Shown: piece by piece, positions 1-13,510 of the stretch
Numbering within the stretch: position 1 is the first letter of the stretch
How the letters are laid out: each line of letters starts with the position of its first letter
NCBI GenBank assembly: GCA_030141605.1
Contig: JAQGDQ010000011.1
Coordinates: 616,066-680,065, forward strand
DNA length: 64,000 nucleotides
Direction of reading: 5' to 3'
From: Tubiluchus corallicola
Lineage: Eukaryota > Animalia > Priapulida
Program-made: the position numbers and the translations under genes
The notes under the pieces: generated by a model
What the model was told of the DNA's origin: nothing
Database searches by the model: none
The model's input: only the letters and a program-made list of their open reading frames with translations

Positions 1-66
1 GATGATGACGATTATCATGATGATGATGATGACGATGATGATGATGATGATGACGATGATGATGAC
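1..66. repeat. (GAT/GAC)n microsatellite
   Basis: Direct trinucleotide run gatgatgacgat... at the window start. Confidence 0.95.
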
Positions 67-931
67 AAGGACCTGCCGATGGCAACACTAATAGCAGTAA
101 TGATGGCGATGGTAATGGTCTTAACAATGGTGCCGACAATTTAATGAAGACAGTAACACTAACCCGACAATAACATCTTTAAAAGTGACAGCAATTGTGA
201 AAATGTTACAATGAGTATATGTGTTACAGTGTTGTATCATACAGTAAGACTAGTATTCCTAAACGAATAAGCCACAGAAGGAACTGAACTTTAGTGAACT
301 CTCTCAGAACCAGTAAGAACCAACAACTCCTCTAATAATCACTGACTTACACGTCTCTTTGCATGACGCCTACAAATCAAGCTACTAAATGGACTTGAAT
401 CCATGGCCCAGACATTAATGCTAGTCAAATCAGCTGATATTGCTGTTAATTACGATTGTGTAGATCCTATTATTCCTGTCACCAGCACGCAGCAAATGGC
501 TTAGCGTCGTAAAGGCTATATCCAGATCAACAGGTCGATGAGTATTGCGAAGACGTAGACATCGACTGAACGAATCGGCAAGCGTGGGAATCAATTCCAT
601 ATCGTTGTCTGATTGAATCAGCGAATGTCAGAAACACGCGGGGAATTATAATTCTCCGTTTCGGATAACCTGCCAAGTCCCTACACAAGTCTAATCTACA
701 ATAGAAAGGACTTTTTTAGAAAATGGGTGTATTTTTATGTTAATATTATTAAATAGCAACTGAATGGTAGTTTATTTTATAATGCATTATTTTAACAATG
801 CATTTAATAATCATGTAGATCTATAAAAACATTTTCGCTGAAACTCCTCATGCATTTTACTTATCGTAATTTTGCTAAGAAAGTGTACTTCAGCTGCTTC
901 ACAGGCCCACTTGTTTTGCGAAATGACATTA

Positions 932-1212
932 GTTGTTTGTTTGTTTGCTTGGTTGTATGTTTGTTTGTTTGTTTGCATGTATGTATGTGTGTTTGTTTGC
1001 ATGTTTGTTTATTTCTTTGCTTGTTTTTGTTTTTTTGTTTGTTTGTTTGCTTAGTTACTTGTTTGGTTATTTAGCTGATTGACTGACTGATAGACTGACT
1101 GACTGCTGAATGAATGAATGAATAACAGCAACAACAACAAACAACAACAACAAAAACAAAAACAACAAAAACAGCAACAGCAACAGCAACAGTAGCAGCA
1201 GCAGTAGCAGTA
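932..1212. repeat. Compound microsatellite (TTTG)n/(GACT)n/(TGAA)n/(CAA)n/(CAG)n
   Basis: Successive simple repeats; they explain the spurious ORFs at 811-1074. Confidence 0.9.
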
Positions 1213-2047
1213 ACCACATACTTAATGCAAAAATCATAATAAACTGTTAACAGTTATTTACTCAATGTTTGTTGAGAATATTTATAACATACGCTATTTC
1301 TCTCATAATTCATTGTGATTTACATCCATTGCGCATGCCCAGAGTTAGTTACGTTTCGAGAAGCCGCTAAGCGCATTGTCAACTTTCTTATTAACTTCAG
1401 CAGGCGCGCAACGCTCTGGTTATAAACTATGATATTTAAGCGCGATGTCATCATGCAGGAAGAGTATGTTTTATATTGTGACTGGACGTCTAAATCACCT
1501 TATGAGCACGAAAAAACTCGCCTACTTGCTACTCAACGAATAATGAGGGTGTTTTTTCTACAAAATTTCGAGTGCATATTTCCAAGCACTATATAAATAG
1601 TCGAAACAATACCACCTGTCAGAGTATATGTGTTAGCAAATATTTTAACAGAATTAAAAATTCGCTTATTTTGTGGTAAATTGCAAATGACTTAGTTGGG
1701 TTAACCTGATATTGGATTAAAGAAACTAATGAAATGGTAAAATATTTCTTTACCTCAGGATTATCATTGTGCACAATCTTAAGCCTATTTATCAGTTTCT
1801 TTTTCAACCTAACGTATCTATAATGTATTTTCCAAGATACCTCTATAAGATAACGAAGGTGCTGCAACTATCCAGCTAGAAAATATGACGACGTGCGATA
1901 CTTGCAACTGCTAAGCAGCTGCGGTCTAGCCGTGCGGTTAGTCTTCATTTGCCATTGTTTCTACGGAATTTTTTCTACAATTTTGAGACAAAGAGCTGAA
2001 ATTGCTTTGATATTAAGTGCACCAGAGCTCGATATCAGTAGCTGAGA

Positions 2048-5000
2048 ATGCCAACAAATGTTTCACTGTTGTTTCCTCTGTTAGTTGGCTTGTTCGTGTC
2101 AGGACTTGCTCTTTTTGCCTTTTTGACATACAGGTAAGAGTTCCTATCATTGTTCCTTAGTTTTGTATGTTGTATAGTGAGACGGACATATAGCTGAGTG
2201 GTCACAGCATATACTTTGTGACCGAAGTTATGCAACTGCGAGTTTGGCCAGCAAGTAAATGGTAACCACCAGAAAAGCACCTTATGGGCAGATTCATCTG
2301 CCACGTTACCCAGTAATTTCTCTCTTCTGTTGTTTCAGTGTTTCATTTTAGACTAGCATCCTTGATACTGAGAAAGGTTCCGGCCCCGCCATAATCGTCG
2401 CCACATTAAGTAGACCTTACCGCCGAGTGCTGGATTCGAGATTGAAAAAAGCCAAACTGTATGAAAACAGGCTAGGAAAGAGTTTTAATTCTAAATCGAT
2501 TTAAAAGCCAGCCTTCAAGCCAAGCTAAAATCAATAAGATTACTAATAAAACTATTTACAACAAATCTTTGACTATAAAAAGGACTATGAGATTGTAATA
2601 CTTGTTCATGTTCTTAGCTTCTTGCACTTTTCATCAGTCTTATTTATTATTTCTTTATCGGGTTTTAGTTCACTTCTCTTCCCACAGTTCTAGAGGTGCA
2701 GTGGTAAATTTACAGCTAGTTTACACGGCAGAGATCACGTCAAGGCCAACATAAGCAAATTTTCTTACTTCTCTTAACATAAGCTAATGTTTTGTACGCT
2801 GCGTATATACCGGAAAGTGGCATATTTCAATGGTAAATTTAGTGCAAACTATTGATGATAATTATGTTCATGTTGCCCACCTCTCCCCCATCAGGTGTCA
2901 CGCAGAGGTAAAAAACAGTTGAAAATACTCTGAACGTGCAAAACTATAGTACAATTAGCTAGCAAAGCAACGAAGTAAACAGAAATAACATAATAAATTA
3001 AATTAATAAATGTGCAATTTTTGCTACTCACAGCTTAAGTCTAGTCTTGATCTATTTCTTGGTACTTTTTGTGAGTGTGAACACTCCACCGTGTATTTAT
3101 CCGCTCACGGCCTATTTTTTATGCTGTACGCGCAAAGCACGGTATGTCTCAGAGTGAAAACAAGCAAGCTGGGACACATCATAAAATAGTAATAAACCTG
3201 GTTGAATCGATCAAGTTTATCCATTTATTTGAACCGTGGAAATCCTATTGTAATATAATAGTCGTTAGGGCTTGCTGCGCACAGGTTAATGTTTTTTATT
3301 GTCTTTTTGCATGTGTATTTATTGGCCGCCATTTAGTTTTTATTCGTTTGTATAAAAATATCACTGTGAGTCATCAGAGAAAGAGGAATGCAAATGGTAA
3401 GGTGCCGTTAAGAAAAAGCTTTGGCTATAACGTCTTCAACTCAAACTATAAACGTTTTCATACACGGACGTTTAAGCAGTGACTCTCGTAAAATGGTCTC
3501 ATTGGTTTAAGTAAAGTTATTTAAATATTTTTCTGTTATGCATTTCATATCGAGAGCGAAAACTGCCAGAATCTAGTCTGTTTTGTGACACTTAGGGAAG
3601 GCTTTAATTAAATGTTGATACCATTTTGAAAGGCAAGGAAATGTGAAGAATTTGGAATCGCTACCTACCATTTTCTACTACATGCTTCAGAGCACTACAT
3701 CTTAAACGTGACACAGTGTACTTTCGCAAGGAAATCTTGTTTTTTTGTAAATTTGTAGAACTTGCCGTAAGTTCTGTTGCAATTTCGAAACTTTATTTTG
3801 CATAGAGCAATAATCTTTTATTCTTCTGGCATCAAACCGCCCGGTGCGAACTGCAAAGCTATTACCAAAATCATAACAAAAATATCTTTTTTTCAAATAA
3901 TTTTCGCGGATTCTCAGATTCGATGCTTGATATTTTCCATTTTGTCGCGATACGAATTACAGAAAAGAAAATATCGCAAACGGCTTTCTGTACAAACAGA
4001 AAATTTGACTAAATGCGTTGGCAAACATCGCTCCCGTTTAACAGCGTTACTCGTAGCAAACCGGCCATTTTGTTACGTAATCTCTGCTAAGCCAATAATC
4101 AGCAGACAACTGCAAGATACATTAGCCAATCAGCACAAATTATACATTTGCTAACGACCAAATCAGTGAAGACTGGTTAGCAGAAATAGCTTATCTGCAT
4201 GTCATACAGGAAATGATGTAAGCCAGAGTTCTAAACTTGAGAATAATCTATTAAGCCTAAGCGACAGATTCTTGCTCAAATGAACTAAAGAAATTGTTTG
4301 AAAGTAACCTGTATTGGCAGAAAAAGTGTAAAAGGTTAAAAATGATTTGTATTGGGCCTAAACTTGATCCGTGCTGTCAAGCACATTAGCATACAAATCC
4401 ACCTTCTCAACTGCATCACAATTTAATCCTTCTGAGATAAAGACATAAAAGAAGCGGGACATGATCCGAGAAACTTATTTTTCAAAGTTCTTAAAATTCT
4501 GGCTTCGTTCAATAACTTTTTATACAGTTTGACGTTCTGCCACCCATAGATTCAAAATCCATCACTTGACAGTCGGATGACAACCTTCTTATTTTCAGGA
4601 TTATAGTAGAACCGAAACTTTGCTGATTGTGAAGGATAGTCATCTAAGATGAAACGTTGAACCAGCAAAAGAGCCTCAGTTACATCCCTATGCGCGTAGA
4701 TACTTCTCTCGATGAGATCGTTTCGTAAGCAGACAACCTCCATTAACTCATCAGACTCTGCATTACTTAATTTTGGTTGCTTTGCACACGCTTTGACCAC
4801 TCAGCTATTCTGGCCTAAACGGATTGTCTTGAAAAAATGTTATTTTGTACTTTTGCCTCCGTGACTGGAAAACAGGATGATTTTTCATACCTTACTCCAT
4901 ATTGAAGTACAGAAAAAAGAATACATTTTAACGCCTATAATAATACCAAAATGTTTCTGATAGCTAAATAATAGGTTGAAAAGCTTAATAAGCCTTTTCA

Positions 5001-8000
5001 CAGTTCCAGCGATTGATGATGAACGTGAAAAGGTCAAGCGTTATGTAAAACAAGCTATTGTAATAGTAACAGTTTTAACAATTAGCTAGAACCTTACCTA
5101 GTTCATTTTTTCTTATTCCCAAGCAAGATCCTGCTAATACTTCACGCTTTTTGAGCTTTTACGAGTCACACATTATTTTTCTAAGTTCTGTTGAAAAGAT
5201 CAGTTTGTAATTTATGAGAAGGGCTTACGTGATCAATTCGCTGATGAATGAAAGTATTGAATGGCATTCTCTTAATGGTCACTCAATCTCAGACCCGGGA
5301 ATATAGTATTGTATTGTATTGTATTGAATTGAATTGTATTGAACAACCATGTTGCGCTTATGGCCGTTTCCTGTTTTATAACTTAGATGTTGTTGACTTG
5401 ATGTGGAACAATAGTGAAAAATCGTTTATTAGGTGGTTGGGCAAAAATGGAACATAATGGCGCCATTAGCTCAGGCTTGCTTATTAATGCTCAAATGAAA
5501 AATGAAAATGTGCTTAAAATTTTATACACGAGCGTCAAAGTTTGCAAAGATAATTTACAAGGATAATGTTGCATAATAGGACTTACACATAATTTATACA
5601 TGTTCTTCTTTAATCTTAATTGGTTCTTCTGTTCTTCGTAATCTTTTTTAGTCGACAATTAAAAAAATTATTAATCAAATTAATTATCAAAGCATTACAA
5701 TTTTTTGTTTTGAACCAAAGGCTAATCATCTGACCAAATTTGAACTCAATTAGGAAATATTTTTGTAGTTCTGAAAAAAGTATGACGGACCTGAAAATTA
5801 TGACGTAACTGGTGGATTTTGTGAGTTTTCGTAAGCGCATCATGGTTTTCCGTAAGTGCGCGCTGCTTAAATGATTCAAACTTCAGCAGATTGCCTAACG
5901 TTCATGCAAAGATATCAATAAATTACCTATCCAACTTTTTGCAAAAACTTATTATACTTTTGACGGAAATTGTCAGTCCGCTGCTTTTCTTCAGCTGATG
6001 ATCGAGGTGCTTGGTGGAAAAAAAGGTATTGAAAATGGAAGCGTCCAAGTGTGAGCTGATCTTGACTTCAAAGTGTTTTTGCTAATTACACGAAAAGCTT
6101 ATCACACTTTTATTACTATATAAGATATTCTAACATTCTTTGCGAACATTGAAATAAGCCTAACTCCCAAGGCTTGGCTTTTCTTTTAAGCATTTGACAG
6201 GTGCTCTGTACAACTTGGTACACGCCATCCGTCACGTAAGACTGCTGGACGGACCTTTCGATTCTTTTATTAGATAATGGACAGGAGGTTTTGGACAGAA
6301 GCAGGACGAACAGATAGGCAGGTGAATTAAGCATCATTACTTTATGATATCCAACTTTGTAGAAATCCATTTACAGAATTCGACGGTGCGTCTGCTTTAT
6401 GCATCTTTCTCGAAGAATACCCACCATGTAAAACAGGCGTGCTGGAAGCAGCTGAGTAAGTAGTAATGGCAACTTATTCGATAAATGTGTACTCGCTATT
6501 CAATTTGCAAAGCTTAACCCTTAACTGACCTTAAAAGCACCTTCATTGACTACTCCTTCGAGGGTAAATTTCAGTAATTTGTGAAGTGAAAGGTTAAATC
6601 AAAATACTACAAAACCTCACGCGTGTGGCTTATTCAGCCGCGAAATCTGCCAGGTAATATACAGCCTGCAAACTACACTAAAATTCTATGATCTCATCAC
6701 AGGTATGAATGGGAATTTTCATAACATATGACATTTTGAATACTTTACGTCGCTTTCTGAAAGTCATGCATATATATTACATAAAATCAAGAAAGTGTTT
6801 GCTCAACTTCTGATATGCGAATGGTGTACAAATTTTTCATCTCGACTGTACATTAGAATGAACAGGTATTGAATGTTTCTAAGGCTTTGATTGTTCATTC
6901 TGTAAACATTTTGTAATATAATTAACATGATAAATATTGTATGACAACTTGTTATAAACAAACTCAAATTACAACCTAAATTAGCAGTAACGAGGTGTTA
7001 AAGTAAAATTCAACAGTCAATGAAACAGATTTAGCAGCGAATTTTAGAAAAAACGAAATTAACAAAAAACGCTAATTAAGTAAAAACAGCAAACATGTTG
7101 TGTGGAGAAAGCTTTACTAAAGTACGTAAAATTATCAGCTCGCAGCACAATATTGCAGTATTATATTGTAGCATATTTAGTACAATACTAGCGGTTGCTA
7201 CCCACCAAGAATCATAATAATGCGAATAATTAGCACAAAGTAATAATGCGTTTTTTTCAAATAATACAGCACATTGCAATTTGTAATTCAGACTAATTTT
7301 CATTTAAGCAGAACATTTAAAATCAATATATTGTTATGTGATAATCCAAAGGGCGCCAACAACAGAAATAGTAAGTGTGCCTTAAGCAGCAACTTCTATG
7401 AATAACCTGTGTTATCCAACAAAAGTCGTTAATGTGCCATGATTATCCAGTTTTTGCTGACCGATAACTTCGATTTTTCAGACTGTTGTATTTAGATTTT
7501 TGATCTTTCGATACAGATTTGTGTGTGTATGAGTGCGTCAATGAAAGTTGCAGTCGTAGGTTGCAGGTAAAAATTTAACAGCATGTGGTCAATGGCACAC
7601 TTACGACTACATCTGCACCAGCATTTGTCTGAGTACGCTGCACGACTTGTGTTGGACAACTTGCTTCATAATCACTATTCAAAGGTGGCTGACAACAAAC
7701 TCTTCAATATTATTGAAGAGAATACAAATAAAATTTGTAAAGGAACTTTTATAAATAAACGTCAATTTCTTGATGGCTGTGACACATTTACAATTTTAGT
7801 TAGACGACAAAAGTTGAATGGGAAAAGTCAACAGTATGCCAGAGTTTAAAAATGCCATGTCGCAAGGTAGCTGCGAGCCGCATTTTTCCGCTACTTCTAT
7901 ACTGATAAAGACGTGTAATCTCTTTCAGGTTGTGCCTTCTCCCGGGGGGTATTGTTGGAAAGGGAAGAAGAGGAACTTTGCCAACATTGGAGCACCCTAG

Positions 8001-8007
8001 AAGACTG
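2048..8007 (+). CDS. Candidate multi-exon gene or pseudogene: N-terminal membrane anchor, micro-exons, 3' part weakly resembling an M13 (neprilysin-like) C-terminus
   Basis: Exon 1 2048-2133 encodes MPTNVSLLFPLLVGLFVSGLALFAFLTY and ends at ag|GTAAGA. Phase-compatible micro-exons follow: 2688-2703 (16 nt), 2895-2907 (13 nt), 5004-5032 (29 nt), then an exon from 5995. Further AG/GT-bounded islands lie at ~6201-6235, 6363-6455, 7582-7866 and 7930-8007. The downstream frame is ambiguous because several frames are open. Confidence 0.35.
2185..2470 (+). mobile_element. SINE-like repeat with tRNA-like A box plus 5S rRNA-like segment (copy 1)
   Basis: tagctgagtggtcacagc (tRNA D-arm/A box) is followed by ccgaagttatgcaactgcgagtttggccagcaagtaaatggtaaccacc (5S internal control region-like). 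The body tttcattttagactagcatccttgatactgag...aaactgtatgaaaac is shared with other copies. Confidence 0.7.
4510..4814 (-). mobile_element. SINE-like tRNA/5S hybrid repeat (copy 2)
   Basis: Reverse strand reads ggccagaatagctgagtggtcaaagcg...ccaaaattaagtaatgcagag...tttcatcttagatgactatccttcac...aaactgtataaaaaag, collinear with copy 1. Confidence 0.7.
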
Positions 8008-8285
8008 ACTGCTTCGAGTTTCTGCTACGCAACTACGCCCAAGTTCATGTATAATAATCATTACAATGTTTGTTATGAGGGGATTGCGTTGCATGTTGGG
8101 ATATCAAGTTCAGACTTTTAATTATGCTTAAGTGCTGGCTAGCGGTAACAAATGTTCAAAAATTTTCACTCGTTTGTATTGCGTTTGCGCTTTTTCTAAC
8201 TTATCCATGAACCGTTTTCTCGCTTTTTCTTCATCTGCCGGATTGATTTGTTGCTTCATTGACCGACTGACTGACTACGGACGCA

Positions 8286-8521
<236 letters not shown>

Positions 8522-9734
8522 AGTATAGCCGACTCGACCGACCGGACCAATACTCAGCGGATGGATCCGATCACTTACTCTCTCACTATAGTCAGTTCAT
8601 TCGTCTGTTTTGTTAGTAAATCCAGTCAGTTACTCAATCTCTTTTCATTTGTTCATCCATTTATTTTAGTTATTCTTTCGTTCATTTGTTCATCCGCTCT
8701 ATCATTCATTCATTTTTGAGATTACTCAGCTAGTTGATAAACAGTTAGTTGATTGGTTGGCTCAGTTAATCTGTGAGTAAAATCTGTCACTAGCCACTCG
8801 GTCATCAGCCGTTTAGTCGTTTCTCACATACTCTACTCAAGAGCTATCCTATTTATTTCTGCTAAAAAATTTCTCACTAAACTGATTAGGCATCTCAGTC
8901 AAATTCCGAAACAAATGGCGGTAATAAACAGAATCTCAGCGATAAATTTTGATAAATGACGCCAATTTAATTTTTAATAAGATTAAGCTCGCAATTTTCC
9001 ATCAAAATTCTTCCTCTATCCCGCCTTATATTTTACCGTGACATTAACTGTCCAAGCAAAGTCGTTCATCCTCATGCTAAAATGCCCATATTAGGAATGA
9101 AAGGCTCAAGGGAATCACGGGGAAGTGGATGTATTAGCTGCAAATAGCATTTATGCAACAAAAATCGCTAAGCGCTTTTACTTAGCCTCGCAAGTCTTTT
9201 GATAAACGTATAACAAATATGAGTTTAAATAACCAGCTTATTCGTTCGTCCACCCGCTTGTTTATTCTTTCAGTCATTCTTCTATCTGTTTATTTTATTA
9301 TTTATTTCTTCACTTTTATTTTATTGTTTTTGTTTGCTTACTTGTTTAATTGTCCTATTGTGGCTAATCTTAGCATAGCTGCATTTTCTGGTCAAACTTC
9401 ATAATTAATAATCATTTTATTTCATTCGCAATACTTTCTTTTAAGGCGTCCACATGCTGCTCATGGTTCTGTCATGCCCTTTGTTTGAAAAAAGATCATT
9501 GATGATGTCAAATTAATGCTCTTTCTCTGCCTGTTAGGCATAATTTTAATATTTCTGCGTAAATATTTATTATCCTCGAAGATTCAAAATTGCTTATGAT
9601 GAAACAGTATAATAATTAATATAGTTAACCTCGTAAAAGAAATCATTAGCTTATATTGAAACAAAACTAAATCACGTTGAACTCGTAAACTTGTAATTAA
9701 TTTACTATAAAAATATTTTATCTTTGCCGTCAGT

Positions 9735-9870
9735 ATTGCTGTTGCGGCTGCTGCTGTTATTGTTGTTGTTGTTGTTGTTGTCGTCGTCGTCGTCATCGTC
9801 GTCATACTTGTTGTTGTTGTTGCTGTGCTGTTACTGTTGTTGTTGTTGTTGTTGCTGCTGCAGTTGCTGC
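9735..9870. repeat. (GTT/GCT/GTC)n microsatellite
   Basis: Direct trinucleotide runs inside the foldback spacer. Confidence 0.9.
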
Positions 9871-10700
9871 AATATTGCCACTACCACTTTATCTCTTGTT
9901 GTCGTAGTTGTAAACTTGTGAATGTCCACAACTACAAAATCTAGCTAAAGCATTAGGGACCTCCATTTGCCTGATAACCATCAAAAACCATAATCTCAGG
10001 CTATATCTGCTCACCTATTTCGTCAGTTATTGTTTCTTTATCATCATCGTTTCTTCTCCTTTTCGTGTGAGGAATGACCTCTCGCATCATGCTAATAACA
10101 TCTTAAGCTGCATTTCTGAAGCCAGAGATTAATGTCTGCATTGAAGAAAGCCACTGTTGATAACATCTTGGCGTGACATTATTCTCCGCTCGCTGAAGTC
10201 TATTGGCGATTTTGCTCCGAACACGAAGTCAGTTTTTCTATTGTCGTTTGTGGAGTGCAGAAGATTATTTCCTTTTCAGATGTCCTTGATGATGATTGAT
10301 GACCAGTCACAACTCGCCATGCAACACGAATTTGTTGCGTTGTTATTATTGTTGAAATTGTCATCTGTCGAGAAGAGAATGTAATTTGGTTTTGCAGCTG
10401 ATCACAGCTGATAAAGTTAGAACTGATTTATGTTTTACGACTGGAAACTAATTCTCTGTCATGTCTTTATCATGTTTCTTTTTAAACATGCCGCATTTGT
10501 CGTGAATGCGTCAATGTACCATAAGATGTCGGCGTGAGAAGACAGCATAGATACCATATTTAGTAAAACCAGGCCAGGATGAGAAGAAAGAATCTAAATA
10601 GGAAAACATAAATAGAGCGGCGACAAAAATGAAAATGAGATAAAGGAAAAATGTAAAATGAAAAGACATAGGAAGAAAAAAGGTAAAAATGAGGAAAAGG

Positions 10701-10701
<1 letters not shown>

Positions 10702-10741
<40 letters not shown>

Positions 10742-10747
10742 GCAGCA
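10702..10747. repeat. (CAA)n microsatellite
   Basis: Direct run; source of the poly-Q/poly-C/poly-L ORFs. Confidence 0.9.
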
Positions 10748-11649
10748 CCATTGGAGAATAAGAATTGTCACAGCGAAAATTATATATTGTTTCAATGCAG
10801 AGGGAAAAAGCATAGATATTGCTGTAAATAACATCTTTGTCATCCATGCTGACGTTTTGATAGAAATGAAGCGCCATCTTTAGAGATTTAGATACTTACA
10901 GTTTAAAATGATCATAGTGACTTTGGAGAATTTAATCATAAGAGTTTTGCTTATACTTTATCGGCATCGCTCATAAATTTTGACATTTCACTACCCATCA
11001 GCGTCTACTATAAAATGCTTTTCTAGTAAATTAATTATAACTTCACGAGTTGAACGAGCTTTAGTTTTATTTTACAAGCTAATGGTTTCTTTTATGAGGT
11101 TAATTATATTACTCATTGTGGCAGTTTCATCACAAGCAATTTCTGAATCTTCGAGAAGAGTAAGTACTTACGCCGAAATATTAAATTTGTGTCTAACACG
11201 CAGAGAAAGTTGCATTAATATGAAATCATCACTGGTCTGTTTTCAAATAAAGGGAAAGGATAGGACCATGCACTTCTGGACGCCTTAAAAGAAAGTATTG
11301 CGAGGATAAATAAGTTGATTACTAATTATGAAGTTTAACTAGCAGCCAATGCTAAGATAGTGGCATTAGTCACAGTAGAAGAATTAGACAATTAGTCCAC
11401 GAGTTAGACCCCAGGTTTTGACGAGTTGGTACGACCTGGGATGTCAATAGATGAAAAACCTGAGAAGCTACGTTTAGAATGGCACTTAGAATAGGGAATG
11501 TTTCACACTCACATATATCTATATTTAAATGTAAATGCGTTGCGGGACAATCAAAAAGCACAGCTCTGCAGATGTCATACTGCAGAAGCCCAAGTTAATT
11601 TGCCTCATTATCATTGTTTCTTTTGTATACAATATTCTATTCTTTTTCG

Positions 11650-12310
11650 TAAAAAATAAATTAATAAATACCAATTTTACCAACTTAATGACGTCCAACT
11701 TGAAAGAAAAGATGTAGTTAAGTATTTGGGGTAGCCTTTGACGAACATCTCAACTGGAAATTTCACAAGATAATGTTAAACACAAAATAAGTAAAATTAT
11801 AGGCATTACGTATAAACTTCGTAATATCACAAATCTACAAATACTCACGAAAATTTATTACAGTTTGGTCTATTCCATACTTAATTTATGGTATTATGTC
11901 GTGCGGTGTAGCTTATAAATAAACTTACCTCAACTCCAAAGAACTCTTTATGAAATTCTTAAAGTAATCCATTCAGTTCCTTATGATCGTGAAGATAATG
12001 TAATATACATAAGCTGGCTTACACTTTTAAGATTTGAGCTCGCTTACCTTTATTTACAAATTTTATTATAAATTAATACCAAATTATTACCACCAGTACT
12101 TTGCTCTAGTTCTTCATACTCATGATCACTATATCAGACTTGCATCTGCTAATTATTTTCAGTCACATCAACTAATATTTTTCAGCAAACAACTAAAAAT
12201 AATCCCATAGAACTTCGGCAAAACATTCCTGAAGAATTTAAATTGTTTAGTTTAAGTAAATTTGAAAAATCAGTTAAACAAATTTCGTTCGATCTTTATT
12301 CATAGTCTGT
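11650..12310 (+). mobile_element. Decayed CR1/L2-clade LINE 3' fragment
   Basis: KYLGVAFDEHLNWKFH at ~11720, followed across frameshifts by K.SKIIGI.YKLR, IYYSL and PYL.YGI motifs typical of the CR1/L2 ORF2 C-terminus. Confidence 0.8.
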
Positions 12311-12416
12311 CCAGTGAATGTGTTCTAGATGTACTTGCATTCAGAATTATTGTTCTCTTCAATTGTACAAGTGTTTATTTGTTGTTACCTCACAGTGATG
12401 TAGTAGTACTTGCACT

Positions 12417-12520
12417 CATCATCATCATCATCATCATCATCATCTTCATCATCTTCATCATCTTCATCATCATCATCATCATCTTCATCATCATCATCAT
12501 CAGTATCATCATCATTATTT
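12417..12520. repeat. (ATC)n microsatellite
   Basis: Direct run catcatcat with ctt interruptions. Confidence 0.9.
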
Positions 12521-13184
12521 TTATTAATGTATTGCTGTATTGGTTGTACTCGCTACTGTAAAATTAATTAATTCTATTCTATTCAATTCTATTCTACCCT
12601 ATTGTTTTGAAATTTATTCTAGTCTGGAATACAGTGTGGGTTTTCTCGCAAGGTTTATAATCCTTCAAATTTTGGTACTATGACGCACCTAATATGAAAA
12701 TTGTGACTTCAGTTTTATTCAGTGTCAAAGATTGCTTTTATGAGGAAACAGGGGAATGAGCATTCCCTTTAAAAGCTCGATCTGCCTACGAATCTTATCA
12801 GCCTTTGCTTATTAACCCGAGGAAACAGACTCAAAGAAAAACTTTTACAGATACAGATAACCTAAACAGATCAAGTCTCGACTAATCAAGTCCTGAATGG
12901 ATCGCGCTGATTAAATTAAATTGGCATCTTAAAGTCTTCTATGGATCTTCGCAGGTTTGACGCTGCTATGCCAGCCTTGTGCTTAATAGAATGCATTTTT
13001 ATAAATAAATGGCGCATGATTATATGTAAGGATTAAGCACTATAGAATAAAAGGCAGTCACAGCTCTATGAGTAAAATTTTCACTGTGTGGAAGAAAGTA
13101 GTCCAATGCTAAAAAGAAAGTGATTTTTATATTTAAAGGGCAAGAAAACCCTTTATTAACATAAAACTAAAAAATGCGTCTTGA

Positions 13185-13510
13185 AATTTTGTATCACCTA
13201 CATGCTGTCTTTTTGTGCACAGAGATTTGTTTCAACTCTGTATAAAACTTTGTAAAAATTTAAACTCCTGCTATGACCGTTAGGCGCAGCCATTTTGACA
13301 GTGGGTCGTTTGAAACAAGTTTAGATAACATTGTATAAGTTTGAAAAAATAATCAGAGCATTCGTAGTGCAAACTTCGCTAACTAAGCAAAAGTTTAAAT
13401 CACTTTAGTTTGTCAATAAAATCAATAATGTGTTTTTTTGGGTGAGTGTGTGACATTTTACCAGTTGGCACGAACATAAATTACTAAGAATTTTCTTTTC
13501 CAGTTAAATA
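13185..13510 (+). repeat. Dispersed ~300 bp repeat family (other copies at ~34368-34710 + and ~47690-48070 -)
   Basis: atgaccgtt.ggcgcagcc...gtcgttt.aacaagtttagataacattg...gtttgaaaaaa.taatc is shared between 13273 and 34446. A more diverged reverse copy (aaaatggctgcacctaatggtca) lies near 47965. Confidence 0.8.

Larger units (their letters stand above)
9355..11370. mobile_element. Foldback-like structure: ~370 bp diverged inverted repeats (9355-9721 and ~11010-11370) around a ~1.3 kb spacer
   Basis: tcgcaatactttcttttaaggcgtcca (~9427) pairs with tggacgccttaaaagaaagtattgcga (~11277). gaactcgtaaacttgtaattaatttacta pairs with tagtaaattaattataacttcacgagttg. The match is collinear over the whole arm. 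Confidence 0.75.

Noticed and set aside
4552-4800. 82 aa protein-like ORF
   Set aside because: Lies wholly within a copy of the tRNA/5S hybrid SINE.
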